NCBI GenBank assembly: GCA_963824405.1
Contig: CAWGPK010000007.1
Coordinates: 92,176 to 156,175, forward strand
DNA length: 64,000 nt
Source: an uncultured Acidobacteriota bacterium
GTDB lineage: Bacteria > Acidobacteriota > Terriglobia > Acidiferrales > UBA7541
Direction: 5' to 3'
How positions within the stretch are numbered: position 1 is the stretch's first letter; the number at the start of each line of letters is the position of its first letter. Position numbers and translations under genes: made by a program. The notes beneath the pieces were generated by a model, which saw nothing but the letters and a program-made list of their open reading frames with translations, had not been told where the DNA came from and searched no databases. Shown here piece after piece: positions 18,869 through 27,512 of the stretch.

Positions 18869-19312
18869 ATGTCGAGTAGAGACTACACGGCTTCTTTTAC
18901 GGTCGATCAAACGCCTGAAGAGGTCTTCGACGCTATCAACAACGTCCGGGGATGGTGGTCCGGAGAAATCACCGGCGACACCAACAAGCTGGGTGCAGAG
19001 TTCAGTTATTGTGTCCAAGACGTGCACCTTAGTAAGCAAAAGATAACGGAGTTTGCGCCGGGCAAGAGAGTTGTTTGGCGCGTGCTGGACGCTGATTTGA
19101 GCTTTACAAAAGACAAGAGCGAGTGGAAAGGCACGGAGATTGTGTTTGAGATCGCAAGAAAAGACAACGAAACGGAAGTGCGTTTCACGCACGTAGGTCT
19201 GGTACCAGAGTATGAGTGTTACAGCAACTGCTCGAACGCATGGGGCCTGCTCGTAAAAGGCAATTTGCGCAGATTGATCGAAACGGGTGAAGTTCAGCCA
19301 AGCCCGTGGTGA
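18869..19312 (+). CDS. SRPBCC/AHSA1-domain protein
   Basis: ATG 18869. MSSRDYTASFTVDQTPEEVFDAINNVRGWWSGEI... Confidence 0.8.
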   Translation: MSSRDYTASFTVDQTPEEVFDAINNVRGWWSGEITGDTNKLGAEFSYCVQDVHLSKQKITEFAPGKRVVWRVLDADLSFTKDKSEWKGTEIVFEIARKDNETEVRFTHVGLVPEYECYSNCSNAWGLLVKGNLRRLIETGEVQPSPW

Positions 19313-19369
19313 AGGGCAGCCGAAGAAAAAAGACAAGGGGCGCCACGCCAAAGCACAGGAGGACGATTC

Positions 19370-19822
19370 ATGAGGGATCGGAATTTCACCGCAGCCATTT
19401 CAGTAGGCCAAACTCCGGAAGAAGCGTTCAACGCCATCAACAACGTTCGTGGATGGTGGTCAGAAAACATCGAGGGCAGTACTGACAAGCTGGGCGCTGA
19501 GTTCTCGTACCGCTATCAAGATGCCCATTTTTGCAAAATAAAAATAACAGAACTCGTTCCCGGCAAGACGATCGCTTGGCACGTTTTGGACAACCGTTTC
19601 AATTTCACTAAAGACAAGAACGAATGGAAGGGCACCGATATCATTTTTGAGATCTCGAAAAGAGGCAATAAGACGGAAGTTCGATTCACGCACCGGGGTT
19701 TGGTTCCCGAGTATGAGTGTTTCGACGTGTGCTCAAACGCGTGGGGCTCGTATATAAACGGCAGCTTGAGGAACCTGATCGCGACAGGTAGAAGGAAACC
19801 AAATCCAAAAGAAACAGCTTAG
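19370..19822 (+). CDS. SRPBCC/AHSA1-domain protein (tandem paralog)
   Basis: Collinear similarity to the previous gene (QTPEEAFNAINNVRGWWSENI...RFTHRGLVPEYECF..CSNAWG). Confidence 0.8.
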   Translation: MRDRNFTAAISVGQTPEEAFNAINNVRGWWSENIEGSTDKLGAEFSYRYQDAHFCKIKITELVPGKTIAWHVLDNRFNFTKDKNEWKGTDIIFEISKRGNKTEVRFTHRGLVPEYECFDVCSNAWGSYINGSLRNLIATGRRKPNPKETA

Positions 19823-19855
19823 CTTCCAGGGAAGAGCGAGTAGTGACGAGATCGA

Positions 19856-20371
19856 TCAGTCCGGGGCGCGTTCCTCGTTCGGTACCACGTGGAACACATT
19901 GATATACGACCCGGGCGCGATTTTCTGCTGCGGATATTTTTTCGCCTTGTTCTGGATCACCGCTGCTCTCTCCTGGGGATCGCTGACGTACACCAAGGTG
20001 CGGTCGTATAGCAGGCCGGCGATCTTGAGCCGCACGCGGGGGTCGCGAGCCACGTTCTGATTCCAGCGCCTGCCGTTCGGATACTGCGGCGCTCGCGGCG
20101 GATAGACGGACGTGAGATAAAGCTGGCCGTTGTAGGCGACGCAATAGGTTGTGACGGAATGCGGCGACCCCAGGAAGTCCCGCGTCTGCACCTTGACGGT
20201 GTCGACTTTGTCGGTGAACGACCAGTCCGTAACCGGTGCAGTTACGAGGTTGCCCGTGAGCCATAGGCCGGGCGTTCGGTCACGAGGGTCCAGGCCGGTT
20301 ATCCGTAGCACCACTAGCAGGACCAGGAGAACCGCCAGGATTGCCCCAACCGTCTTAAGGAGTATTTTCAT
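19856..20371 (-). CDS. Membrane-anchored hypothetical protein (possible PNPOx/DUF385-like barrel)
   Basis: ATG at 20369-20371 (complement). MKILLKTVGAILAVLLVLLVVL anchor. The fold guess rests on ...RRWNQNVARDPRVRLKIAG..YDRTLVYV... and is weak. Confidence 0.5.
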   Translation of the reverse strand: MKILLKTVGAILAVLLVLLVVLRITGLDPRDRTPGLWLTGNLVTAPVTDWSFTDKVDTVKVQTRDFLGSPHSVTTYCVAYNGQLYLTSVYPPRAPQYPNGRRWNQNVARDPRVRLKIAGLLYDRTLVYVSDPQERAAVIQNKAKKYPQQKIAPGSYINVFHVVPNEERAPD

Positions 20372-20512
20372 GGCAGGCTCCTGCGAGTGGCCTCGAATTC
20401 CCCGGCCATCGTACACCTTGCGGCCAAGGTCACCAACCCGACTGCGAACCGGGAATTGACGCCCGGATCAAGCTTTTGTTAGCTTGAGAAGCTCGCAGGG
20501 GCCGGGCAAACG

Positions 20513-21211
20513 ATGTCGATACCGGTCGAAGTCAATGTTGGCAAGGACCGAGCGGTCGCCCTTGGCGCGCTGCAGATGATGGCGATTCGCCGCCACGGGA
20601 TAGCTCTATTTTTCGTGGCGATTGCGTTCGTCACAACCCTTTTCCTGCAGCGATTCTTTCCCTATCCGTTTCTGTTCGTCTTCTTTGCCGCCGTGATGGC
20701 CAGTGCGTGGTTCGGCGGCTCGAAGCCTGGATTCTTGGCTGTTCTAGCTTCCACTCTTCTGGTCGACTATTTCTTTCTCCCGCCGTTCCATACGTTTGCC
20801 GTCGAAGCCAGCGATGTCGCCTATTTTGTCTCCTTTATCGTCTGCTCCATGGTGGCAAGCTGGGTGAGTTCCTCGATGCGAGGCACCGAGGAGGCCCTCC
20901 GGCAGGCTCGTGACGAACTGGAAATCCGGGTCGCGGAGCGGACCGCCGAACTTCAGAAGTCTCTGGCTGAACTGCAGGAAAAGGAGCGGCAGCGCCTGCT
21001 CCTGGAGAGCGAAAAGTCCGCGCTGTCGGATAAGCTCGAAACGCGAAAGATTGTGGATCGCGCTAAAGGCATCTTGCAACGGGACTTAAAGATCACCGAA
21101 GAAGAATCTTACCGAAGGCTGCAGAGGGAGAGCCAGCAACGGCGCAGGTCCATGCGCGTTATCGCTGAATCGATCGTCTTGAACGACCAGTTGAACCGGA
21201 GGGGCCAATAA
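20513..21211 (+). CDS. Membrane DUF4118 domain fused via a coiled coil to an ANTAR RNA-binding domain
   Basis: The N-terminal half (...AAVMASAWFGGSKPGFLAVLASTLLVDYFFLPPFHTFAV...) matches the KdpD-type DUF4118 pattern. The C-terminus LETRKIVDRAKGILQRDLKITEEESYRRLQRESQQRRRSMRVIAESIV is ANTAR-like. Confidence 0.75.
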   Translation: MSIPVEVNVGKDRAVALGALQMMAIRRHGIALFFVAIAFVTTLFLQRFFPYPFLFVFFAAVMASAWFGGSKPGFLAVLASTLLVDYFFLPPFHTFAVEASDVAYFVSFIVCSMVASWVSSSMRGTEEALRQARDELEIRVAERTAELQKSLAELQEKERQRLLLESEKSALSDKLETRKIVDRAKGILQRDLKITEEESYRRLQRESQQRRRSMRVIAESIVLNDQLNRRGQ

Positions 21212-21448
21212 TGCCTCCACACTTCTTTTCCTTCGGCCAGGATCGGGTCTTTTAGGTTTCGCATTGACTCGCCTCCCGAAAATCTGCAAACTGCCGATGG
21301 AGCGACCGTCAGGTCGAGTCGTTCTAATCCCTCTTTCGACGCCGAAACGAGGGCAGCAGGTCTTCTGGCTGAGTACCTTGGACACGACGCCGTGTCCAAA
21401 TCCAATACACATTAGGCTCGACGCAGAGCCGTTAATTCAGGGATGAGC

Positions 21449-21478
21449 TGCGCCCACTTAGGCGCACCTTTTTCTTTG
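21449..21478 (+). terminator. Rho-independent terminator candidate
   Basis: TGCGCC-CACTTA-GGCGCA stem-loop followed by CCTTTTTCTTT. Confidence 0.5.
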
Positions 21479-21665
21479 GTTCGCGGCGGCAAATCGCGGC
21501 GAGTGACGCATGATCCGCGCAGGCTGCCGTAATCTTTACGGGAGTTTTCGTCGACAAATGCTGACGTCAAGCACGACTCTCGCCAACAACGCTTGAAGGA
21601 TCACCTCGTTCAGAACAAGGCGCAACGCGACAAGCCCGCTTCGCAGACTTAATCGATAAGTTGGC

Positions 21666-24600
21666 TTAATCGGAATTGGAGGGCGCGGTCTGTCCGTGGA
21701 TGCCGGCATCCGGCAGGGGGCGGAGCACGCTTCGGCCCCTCATGCGTACGCGCAGCCGGTCCAAATAGAGGTACACAACCGGCGTGGTGTAGAGCGTAAG
21801 CATCTGGCTGAAGAGCAGGCCGCCCACGATCGCAATTCCCAGCGGCCGGCGAAGTTCCGAGCCGGTTCCGGTGCCAAACGCGATGGGCAGGCCGCCAAAG
21901 AGGGCCGCCATGGTGGTCATGGTAATCGGGCGAAAGCGCAGCAGGCAGGCTTGATAGATGGACTCCTGCGGATTGTTTTCTCCGCTGCGTTCGGCCTGAA
22001 TGGCGAAGTCGATCATGAGGATGGCGTTCTTCATGACAATGCCGATCAGCAGAATGATTCCGATGAGCGCCACGACGTCCAGCGGAGTGTGGGCCACCAT
22101 CAGCGCCAGCAGCGCGCCCACTCCCGCCGACGGCAGCGTGGAAAGAATGGTGATGGGATGCACGTAATCTTCATAGAGCATCCCCAGCACGATATACACG
22201 GTAACCAGCGCCGCCAGGATCAAGTATGGCTCGCTGGCGAGCGAGTCTTGAAAGGCTTGTGCCGCGCCCTGGAAGCCGGCATGAATGCTGCTGGGCATGC
22301 CCAGTTCGTGCTCCGCTTGCTGCACGGCGTTGACGGCGTCGCCGAGCGAAAGATCGGGCGCCATGTTGAAGGAAATCGTCACGGCAGGGAATTGTCCCTG
22401 GTGGGAGACCGCCAATGACGTGGTGGAGGGCGCGTAATGCGTAAAGGCGCTGAGCGGCACCGGCTGGCCCGTTCTGGATGGGACGTAGATATGATCGAGT
22501 CCCTCGGGGTCCTGCTGGAACCTGGGATCCATCTCCATCACCACGTGGTATTGGTTGATGCGCTCATACATGGTGGAGACCTGGCGCTGGCCAAAGGCGT
22601 CGTAGAGGACGCTGTCGATGGCCTGCGTGGTGATCCCCAGGCGGCCGGCGGTATCGCGGTCGATGATCAAACCCGCTTGCAGGCCGCGATTCTGCAAGTC
22701 GCTATTCACATCGCGCAACTGCGGAAGGGTGCGCAATTTTTGCAAAACGATGGGCGCCCAGGCGTAGAGGTCCTTGAGGTTGTCTCCCTGCAACGTATAT
22801 TGGAACTGCGCGTTGCTGGCGCGGCCGCCGATCTGCAGGTCCTGAACGGCCTGCAGATAACAGGTAGCGCCGGGCACGGCAGCCAGTTGGGGCCGCAGCC
22901 GGTTGATTACGGCAAAGACGTCCGCGCTGCGTTCCGATAAAGGCTTCAGCTGGATCGTAAGGTTGGCCGTGTTTACGGCTCCTCCGCCGCCGGTAAACGC
23001 CGACACAATGTCCACGGCCGGGTCCTTCTGCACGATGGCGACGTACTCGTTCATCTTTTCTTCCATGGACTTGAACGAGATGTCTTCGGAAGCCTGCACG
23101 TTTGCGCTGATTCTTCCGGTATCCTGTTGCGGAAAGAAGCCCTTGGGGACCACGATATAGAGGTAGATAGCCAGAGTGACGGTAGCTCCGGCAATGCCCA
23201 GGACGAGTGGCTGGTTTTGCAATACCCAGCGCAGGCTCTTCGCGTATCCCGCGTAGAGCGCTTCGAATCCCTTGTCGCTGGCGCGGTAAAGCCAATTGTG
23301 CTTGCGCCCCTTTTGCGACTTCATGAGCAGCGAGCACATGGTGGGCGTGGTGGTCAGCGAGACGGCCAGCGAGATGGCCACGGCCGCGCTCAAGGTGATC
23401 GCGAACTCCCGGAAGATGCGGCCAACGACTCCGCCCATCAGGAGGATGGGGATGAACACGGCGATCAAGGAGGTGCTCATGGAGACCACCGTGAACCCAA
23501 TCTCGCGCGAACCGCGCAGTGCGGCATCCAAGGCCGAATGTCCCTGCTCGACGTAACGGGTGATGTTTTCGATCACCACTATGGCGTCGTCCACCACGAA
23601 ACCGGTCGAGATGGTCAGGGCCATCAGCGAGAGATTGTCGATGCTGTAGCCCAGCAGATACATCAGCCCAAATGTTCCCACCAGAGACAAAGGCACGGCC
23701 ACGCTGGGAATGGACGTCGCCCAGACGCTGCGCAGAAAGGCGAAGACCACCAGAATGACCAGCACCACGGAGATGAGCAGAGTGATCTCCACGTCATGCA
23801 CCGAGGTGCGTATGGTCGTGGTGCGGTCCTGGGCGATGCTGATGTGAATCGAGGGCGGAATCGAGGCGGCCAGAAACGGGATCATGGCCTTGATGCGATC
23901 GGCAAGTTCGACCATGTTCGCTTGCGGCTGCCGGTGCGCGAAGATCAGCACGGTAGGCCTGCCATTCACGCTTCCCGCGTTGCGCACGTCCTCGGAGGCG
24001 TCCACTACCCTCGAGATGTCGGAGAGCCGCACCGGCGCCCCGTTGTTATAGGCCACAATCAGCGGCGCATAGTCGCTGGCGTGATAGAGCTGATCGTTGT
24101 CGTTGAGCAGAAAACTGCGATTGCCCGTGGAGATCTGTCCCTTGGGCGAATGAGCATTGGCCGCATTCAGCGCCGCGGCCACCTGGTCGAAGCCGATACC
24201 GAGCTTGCTCAGCAGGAACGGATTCACCTCCGCTCGCACCGCCGGGCGAGCGGCGCCTCCCTCGTTGATCGTGCCCATGCCCTCGATCTGCGAGATCTTC
24301 TGCGCCAGAATCGAGTCTGCGACGTCGTATAACTCCGGCGCTGTGGCCGTATCGGAGGTGAGGGCCAGAACCAGAGGCGCCAGCTCGGCGGGGTTGACCT
24401 TGCGCCAATTTGGATTTGTCGGCAGGTTCGTAGGCAATTGGCCGCGGGCGGCGTTGATGGCCGCCTGCACGTCGCGCGCGGCGCCATCGATATCGCGGTC
24501 CAGGCCAAACTGCAGGATGATGCTGGTCGACCCCAACTGGCTCACCGAAGTCATCTGCACGATATCGGCGATGCGGCCGAACATGCGCTCGAGCGGCGTG

Positions 24601-24791
24601 GCCACCGCAGAGGCCATGGTGTCGGGACTCGCGCCCGGCAATTGAGCGCCTACCTGAAGGGTCGGATAGTCCACTTCGGGGATGGACGCCATCGACAACT
24701 TGGGAAAGGCCACCGCCCCGGCCAGCAGGACGGCCACGGTCAATAGCGAGGTTGCTATGGGTCTTTTTATGAATGGGGCCGAAATATTCAC
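21666..24791 (-). CDS. RND efflux transporter permease (AcrB/MdtB/MdtC-like)
   Basis: More than 1000 aa with 12-TM RND architecture. GTG at 24789-24791 (complement) gives VNISAPFIKRPIATSLL..., the usual RND N-terminus, with GGAG 7 nt upstream. Confidence 0.9.
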   Translation of the reverse strand: MNISAPFIKRPIATSLLTVAVLLAGAVAFPKLSMASIPEVDYPTLQVGAQLPGASPDTMASAVATPLERMFGRIADIVQMTSVSQLGSTSIILQFGLDRDIDGAARDVQAAINAARGQLPTNLPTNPNWRKVNPAELAPLVLALTSDTATAPELYDVADSILAQKISQIEGMGTINEGGAARPAVRAEVNPFLLSKLGIGFDQVAAALNAANAHSPKGQISTGNRSFLLNDNDQLYHASDYAPLIVAYNNGAPVRLSDISRVVDASEDVRNAGSVNGRPTVLIFAHRQPQANMVELADRIKAMIPFLAASIPPSIHISIAQDRTTTIRTSVHDVEITLLISVVLVILVVFAFLRSVWATSIPSVAVPLSLVGTFGLMYLLGYSIDNLSLMALTISTGFVVDDAIVVIENITRYVEQGHSALDAALRGSREIGFTVVSMSTSLIAVFIPILLMGGVVGRIFREFAITLSAAVAISLAVSLTTTPTMCSLLMKSQKGRKHNWLYRASDKGFEALYAGYAKSLRWVLQNQPLVLGIAGATVTLAIYLYIVVPKGFFPQQDTGRISANVQASEDISFKSMEEKMNEYVAIVQKDPAVDIVSAFTGGGGAVNTANLTIQLKPLSERSADVFAVINRLRPQLAAVPGATCYLQAVQDLQIGGRASNAQFQYTLQGDNLKDLYAWAPIVLQKLRTLPQLRDVNSDLQNRGLQAGLIIDRDTAGRLGITTQAIDSVLYDAFGQRQVSTMYERINQYHVVMEMDPRFQQDPEGLDHIYVPSRTGQPVPLSAFTHYAPSTTSLAVSHQGQFPAVTISFNMAPDLSLGDAVNAVQQAEHELGMPSSIHAGFQGAAQAFQDSLASEPYLILAALVTVYIVLGMLYEDYVHPITILSTLPSAGVGALLALMVAHTPLDVVALIGIILLIGIVMKNAILMIDFAIQAERSGENNPQESIYQACLLRFRPITMTTMAALFGGLPIAFGTGTGSELRRPLGIAIVGGLLFSQMLTLYTTPVVYLYLDRLRVRMRGRSVLRPLPDAGIHGQTAPSNSD

Positions 24792-25160
24792 GCTGAGCTC
24801 CGGCCACAAAACTTCAACGCGGTAGATCGTCGCACAACTCTACCGCCGTCGAAGAAAACTGTGGCCGCCGGCCGCCCCGCCGATAGGATAACGTCGATAG
24901 GCTAAATCCAGGGCTGTGCCGGCCCGAGTGCGCCCCTATTGTAGCTAAACTTGACCGACCTGAACGTGACGAAGTTGACCCATCTCAGAATCATGCCCTT
25001 TTCGGCCCGCCGAGGCTGGCGACAGTTATCTGTAAGTAACGATCTCTAAGCAACGAGGGCGCGGGTCATGTGGGTTTGGATCGCACGGCGGTTTGGCGAC
25101 AGGGTTCGCGTCGAGAATTCAGCCTTGTGGCCGGCGGTTGGCTCGCTTATAGTCGTGATA

Positions 25161-25346
25161 ATGAGCTTCAGCGGTCCCATTGTTTGTTCCATCTGCGATA
25201 AACCCGAAACCCAATGTCTCTGCGTGCGCTACTGCTGCATCTGTACGGGACTCGAGGGAGTGCGGCTCTGCGCGGATGGGCTTTACTATTGCCCCGCTTG
25301 TCGCGAAGCCTGCGATGTAAAGTTGGCGGACCACCCCAGTGCGTGA
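25161..25346 (+). CDS. Small Cys-rich protein (about 61 aa)
   Basis: MSFSGPIVCSICDKPETQCLCVRYCCICTGLEGVRLCADGLYYCPACREACDV. Two CxxC pairs plus further Cys residues. Start uncertain (the track ORF starts at 25068). Confidence 0.4.
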   Translation: MSFSGPIVCSICDKPETQCLCVRYCCICTGLEGVRLCADGLYYCPACREACDVKLADHPSA

Positions 25347-25803
25347 ACATTCGCGTACCCGGGTGCATCTTTCGCCAGACGCCAGGCTGGTAGCGGCGGT
25401 GGGCGGCGCCGTGGCGCATTTTGCCGCCCGCGCCGGGCTCGAGGATGGAGCCTGCCACTTGCTCACCGAGGTGCTTGAGGATCTTTGCTACCAGACGCTG
25501 CCCCTGGTTCAGGGGAAGGCCGACGGGCTTGACGTGGCCATCGAGGATTTTGAGGATCGCCTGGAGATCGTCGTCGAGCACCATGGCGCCGCGCAGCCCT
25601 CGCTGGGCATGGAGTCGTTCATCGCGGAATGCGCGCGCCAATTGAACGTGCGCGTTACCGGCGCGCGCCTGATGCTCAGCGTGGACCGCGTCGAGTATGA
25701 TGCGCGCAACGGAAGCATCCGCACCACGCTGGTGAAGTATCTCCGCTCTGAAAAGGGTTCGGGAAAGAGTTCTGGAAAGAGCGCGGGAACAAACGGGCGC
25801 TGA
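25339..25803 (+). CDS. Hypothetical protein, weakly anti-sigma/HATPase_c-like
   Basis: GTG start overlaps the Cys-rich ORF stop by 8 nt. Layout (RLVAAVGGAVAHFAARAGLED...LLTEVLEDLC...LEIVVEHHG) recalls RsbW/SpoIIAB-type proteins, but I cannot see an N-box. Confidence 0.45.
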   Translation: MREHSRTRVHLSPDARLVAAVGGAVAHFAARAGLEDGACHLLTEVLEDLCYQTLPLVQGKADGLDVAIEDFEDRLEIVVEHHGAAQPSLGMESFIAECARQLNVRVTGARLMLSVDRVEYDARNGSIRTTLVKYLRSEKGSGKSSGKSAGTNGR

Positions 25804-25818
25804 ACGTCGCCACCCCGC

Positions 25819-26142
25819 TTAGGCGACGTCTTTCCTCGTGCCGCCGGAATGCCCGTCCGGCCGCCCTATTTCAAATCCGCTCGTCCCTCCCGCTGTGGGG
25901 AAAAGCACGCGCAGGCTCCGCAGGGCGTCACGAAGCGCGATACGTTCCTCGATGTCAGGTGTGTTGGGTTCGCAGAGCCTCGCGGAGATCGCCCGCTCAG
26001 CTGCATTGATTTTCGCGGGCAAGCTTTCGGGCCGAAGTTCCACGAAGGCATCCATCACAAACTGTTGCCACGGGTATTTTACTTCAGCCTCTTGCTCGGG
26101 CATGGGCTGATCTCCTGGCCAACTTACAGAAGCGTTCGCCAA
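25819..26142 (-). CDS. Small hypothetical protein (paralog family with 38131..38382)
   Basis: Shares the pattern L.P...I..AE.AI..RL...P...E..AL.DALR.L.VL with the other copy. The start may be the internal ATG at 26103. Confidence 0.45.
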   Translation of the reverse strand: MANASVSWPGDQPMPEQEAEVKYPWQQFVMDAFVELRPESLPAKINAAERAISARLCEPNTPDIEERIALRDALRSLRVLFPTAGGTSGFEIGRPDGHSGGTRKDVA

Positions 26143-26175
26143 TCGATACAGAGGGGCGACGAGACCACCATATTA

Positions 26176-26185
26176 CCCCCCCCCC
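26176..26185. repeat. C10 homopolymer tract in intergenic DNA
   Basis: Read directly: ten consecutive C, about 35 nt upstream of the 26142 start on the minus strand. Confidence 0.95.
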
Positions 26186-26323
26186 GTCGGAAAAAGTAAA
26201 CGAAGTCTAATCCGCCGAGCCGCTATCAAAAGTGCGTGGCGATTCGACTTCTCCGAACTGGACCGCGGCGCGATTTACGTCGTGACGCGCCGCACCATAA
26301 CGATGCGCCAATTCCCCGCGACG

Positions 26324-27379
26324 TTACATGGTGACGGCAAAAGTATTGCGGCGGATGAGCGATAGCATCTGCGCGTCCGTCAGGCTGAGCCGGACGTTCA
26401 GGCGGTCGCCGGCCGGGGCAATGGTCGTGGAGTCCAGCAGGGAAGCGAGGTCTGGATTCGAACTTCCCAGCTGATAGCGCTTATAGAGCAGCCCGGCCTG
26501 CAAGAGTGCGGCGAAGGTGTTGGCGTCGTCCGGCGTGGCGCAGATCGATTGGAAGTTCGCTTGCACGCCCGAGCCGGCGGTGATTTTCAGGCTCATGGCA
26601 CGCATGCGCGAGACCAGTTGCTGGGCCTGCGGGAATTGCGCGGCTTCGGGGGCCAATTGCTGCATGGCCAGGTGCGCGTAATCGGAATCCATCACCGCCC
26701 AGATCATGCCGCTGCCGTTAGCTTCGTTGATCAGAGGAAACATTTGCGAGTCGCTCAGAAGGCTCTGCTCTTCGCCGGCGCGAATGCTGAGCAGGCGCTC
26801 GAGTTGCTGGCGCTGCCCGAACGCGGCGGTATTGGTATCCAGAAAGAAGAAGAAAAGGTCGGTGGGGCCGGTGCCGCCGCCGAAGGCATAGAGCGAAAAA
26901 TTGCGCACCTTCACGACGGGAATCTTCTGGTTCTTGAAATAGATCTCCGCTGTCTCGGGACGGAAAGAGCCCAACGCTATGCCCACGATCTGTTCGCTGC
27001 CGGGGGATGGCGCTTTCTGCTGCGCATTGGCGCCGTTGGCAGGCGGCGCCTGATTAGGAGATTGATTCGCCGCGCTTGCCGGCGCCGGGGGCACGGTCGC
27101 CCAGGCCACTTCCTCCACCTGCGAATTGGGATCGATGCCCGCCGCGCTCAGCGCCTTCTCGAACTCCTTGAAGCGCGAGGGCAGCATCTGCTGCTCGAGT
27201 TGTGGGAACCAGGGCAGCGCGCGCGCCGCCTTCAAATCCGCATATGCAAACTCCCCGATGTTCTGAGGGAACATGCCGATGACGTCCGTTTTGAGCGTGT
27301 TGGCGTGGGTCTGGAGGGCCATCGAGCAGGCCAGGACCACCACGAAAAATGCAGTGCCGAGAGTCTTTCTATAGTTCAT
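26324..27379 (-). CDS. Secreted hypothetical protein
   Basis: ATG at 27377-27379 (complement). MNYRKTLGTAFFVVVLACSMALQTHA signal peptide. The longer track ORF adds a charged junk extension. Confidence 0.6.
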   Translation of the reverse strand: MNYRKTLGTAFFVVVLACSMALQTHANTLKTDVIGMFPQNIGEFAYADLKAARALPWFPQLEQQMLPSRFKEFEKALSAAGIDPNSQVEEVAWATVPPAPASAANQSPNQAPPANGANAQQKAPSPGSEQIVGIALGSFRPETAEIYFKNQKIPVVKVRNFSLYAFGGGTGPTDLFFFFLDTNTAAFGQRQQLERLLSIRAGEEQSLLSDSQMFPLINEANGSGMIWAVMDSDYAHLAMQQLAPEAAQFPQAQQLVSRMRAMSLKITAGSGVQANFQSICATPDDANTFAALLQAGLLYKRYQLGSSNPDLASLLDSTTIAPAGDRLNVRLSLTDAQMLSLIRRNTFAVTM

Positions 27380-27512
27380 TTGTCCACCATTTCCGCCTTC
27401 GCGGATTTCCCGCCCGCGCCGCCTGCGCAGCCTGGCGTTTGTGCCTTCACCTCTGATCTTTTCACCATCGATCTCTACGTCTCGATCTTCCACATCGTCG
27501 ATCTTCATATCG

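Noticed and set aside
21329-21466. ANTAR dual-hexaloop target next to the ANTAR gene
   Set aside because: Two hairpins do have 6-nt loops (GACGCC, CACTTA). Neither has the A-at-1/G-at-4 loop signature I recall for ANTAR substrates, they are about 50 nt apart, and they lie downstream of the gene rather than in a leader.
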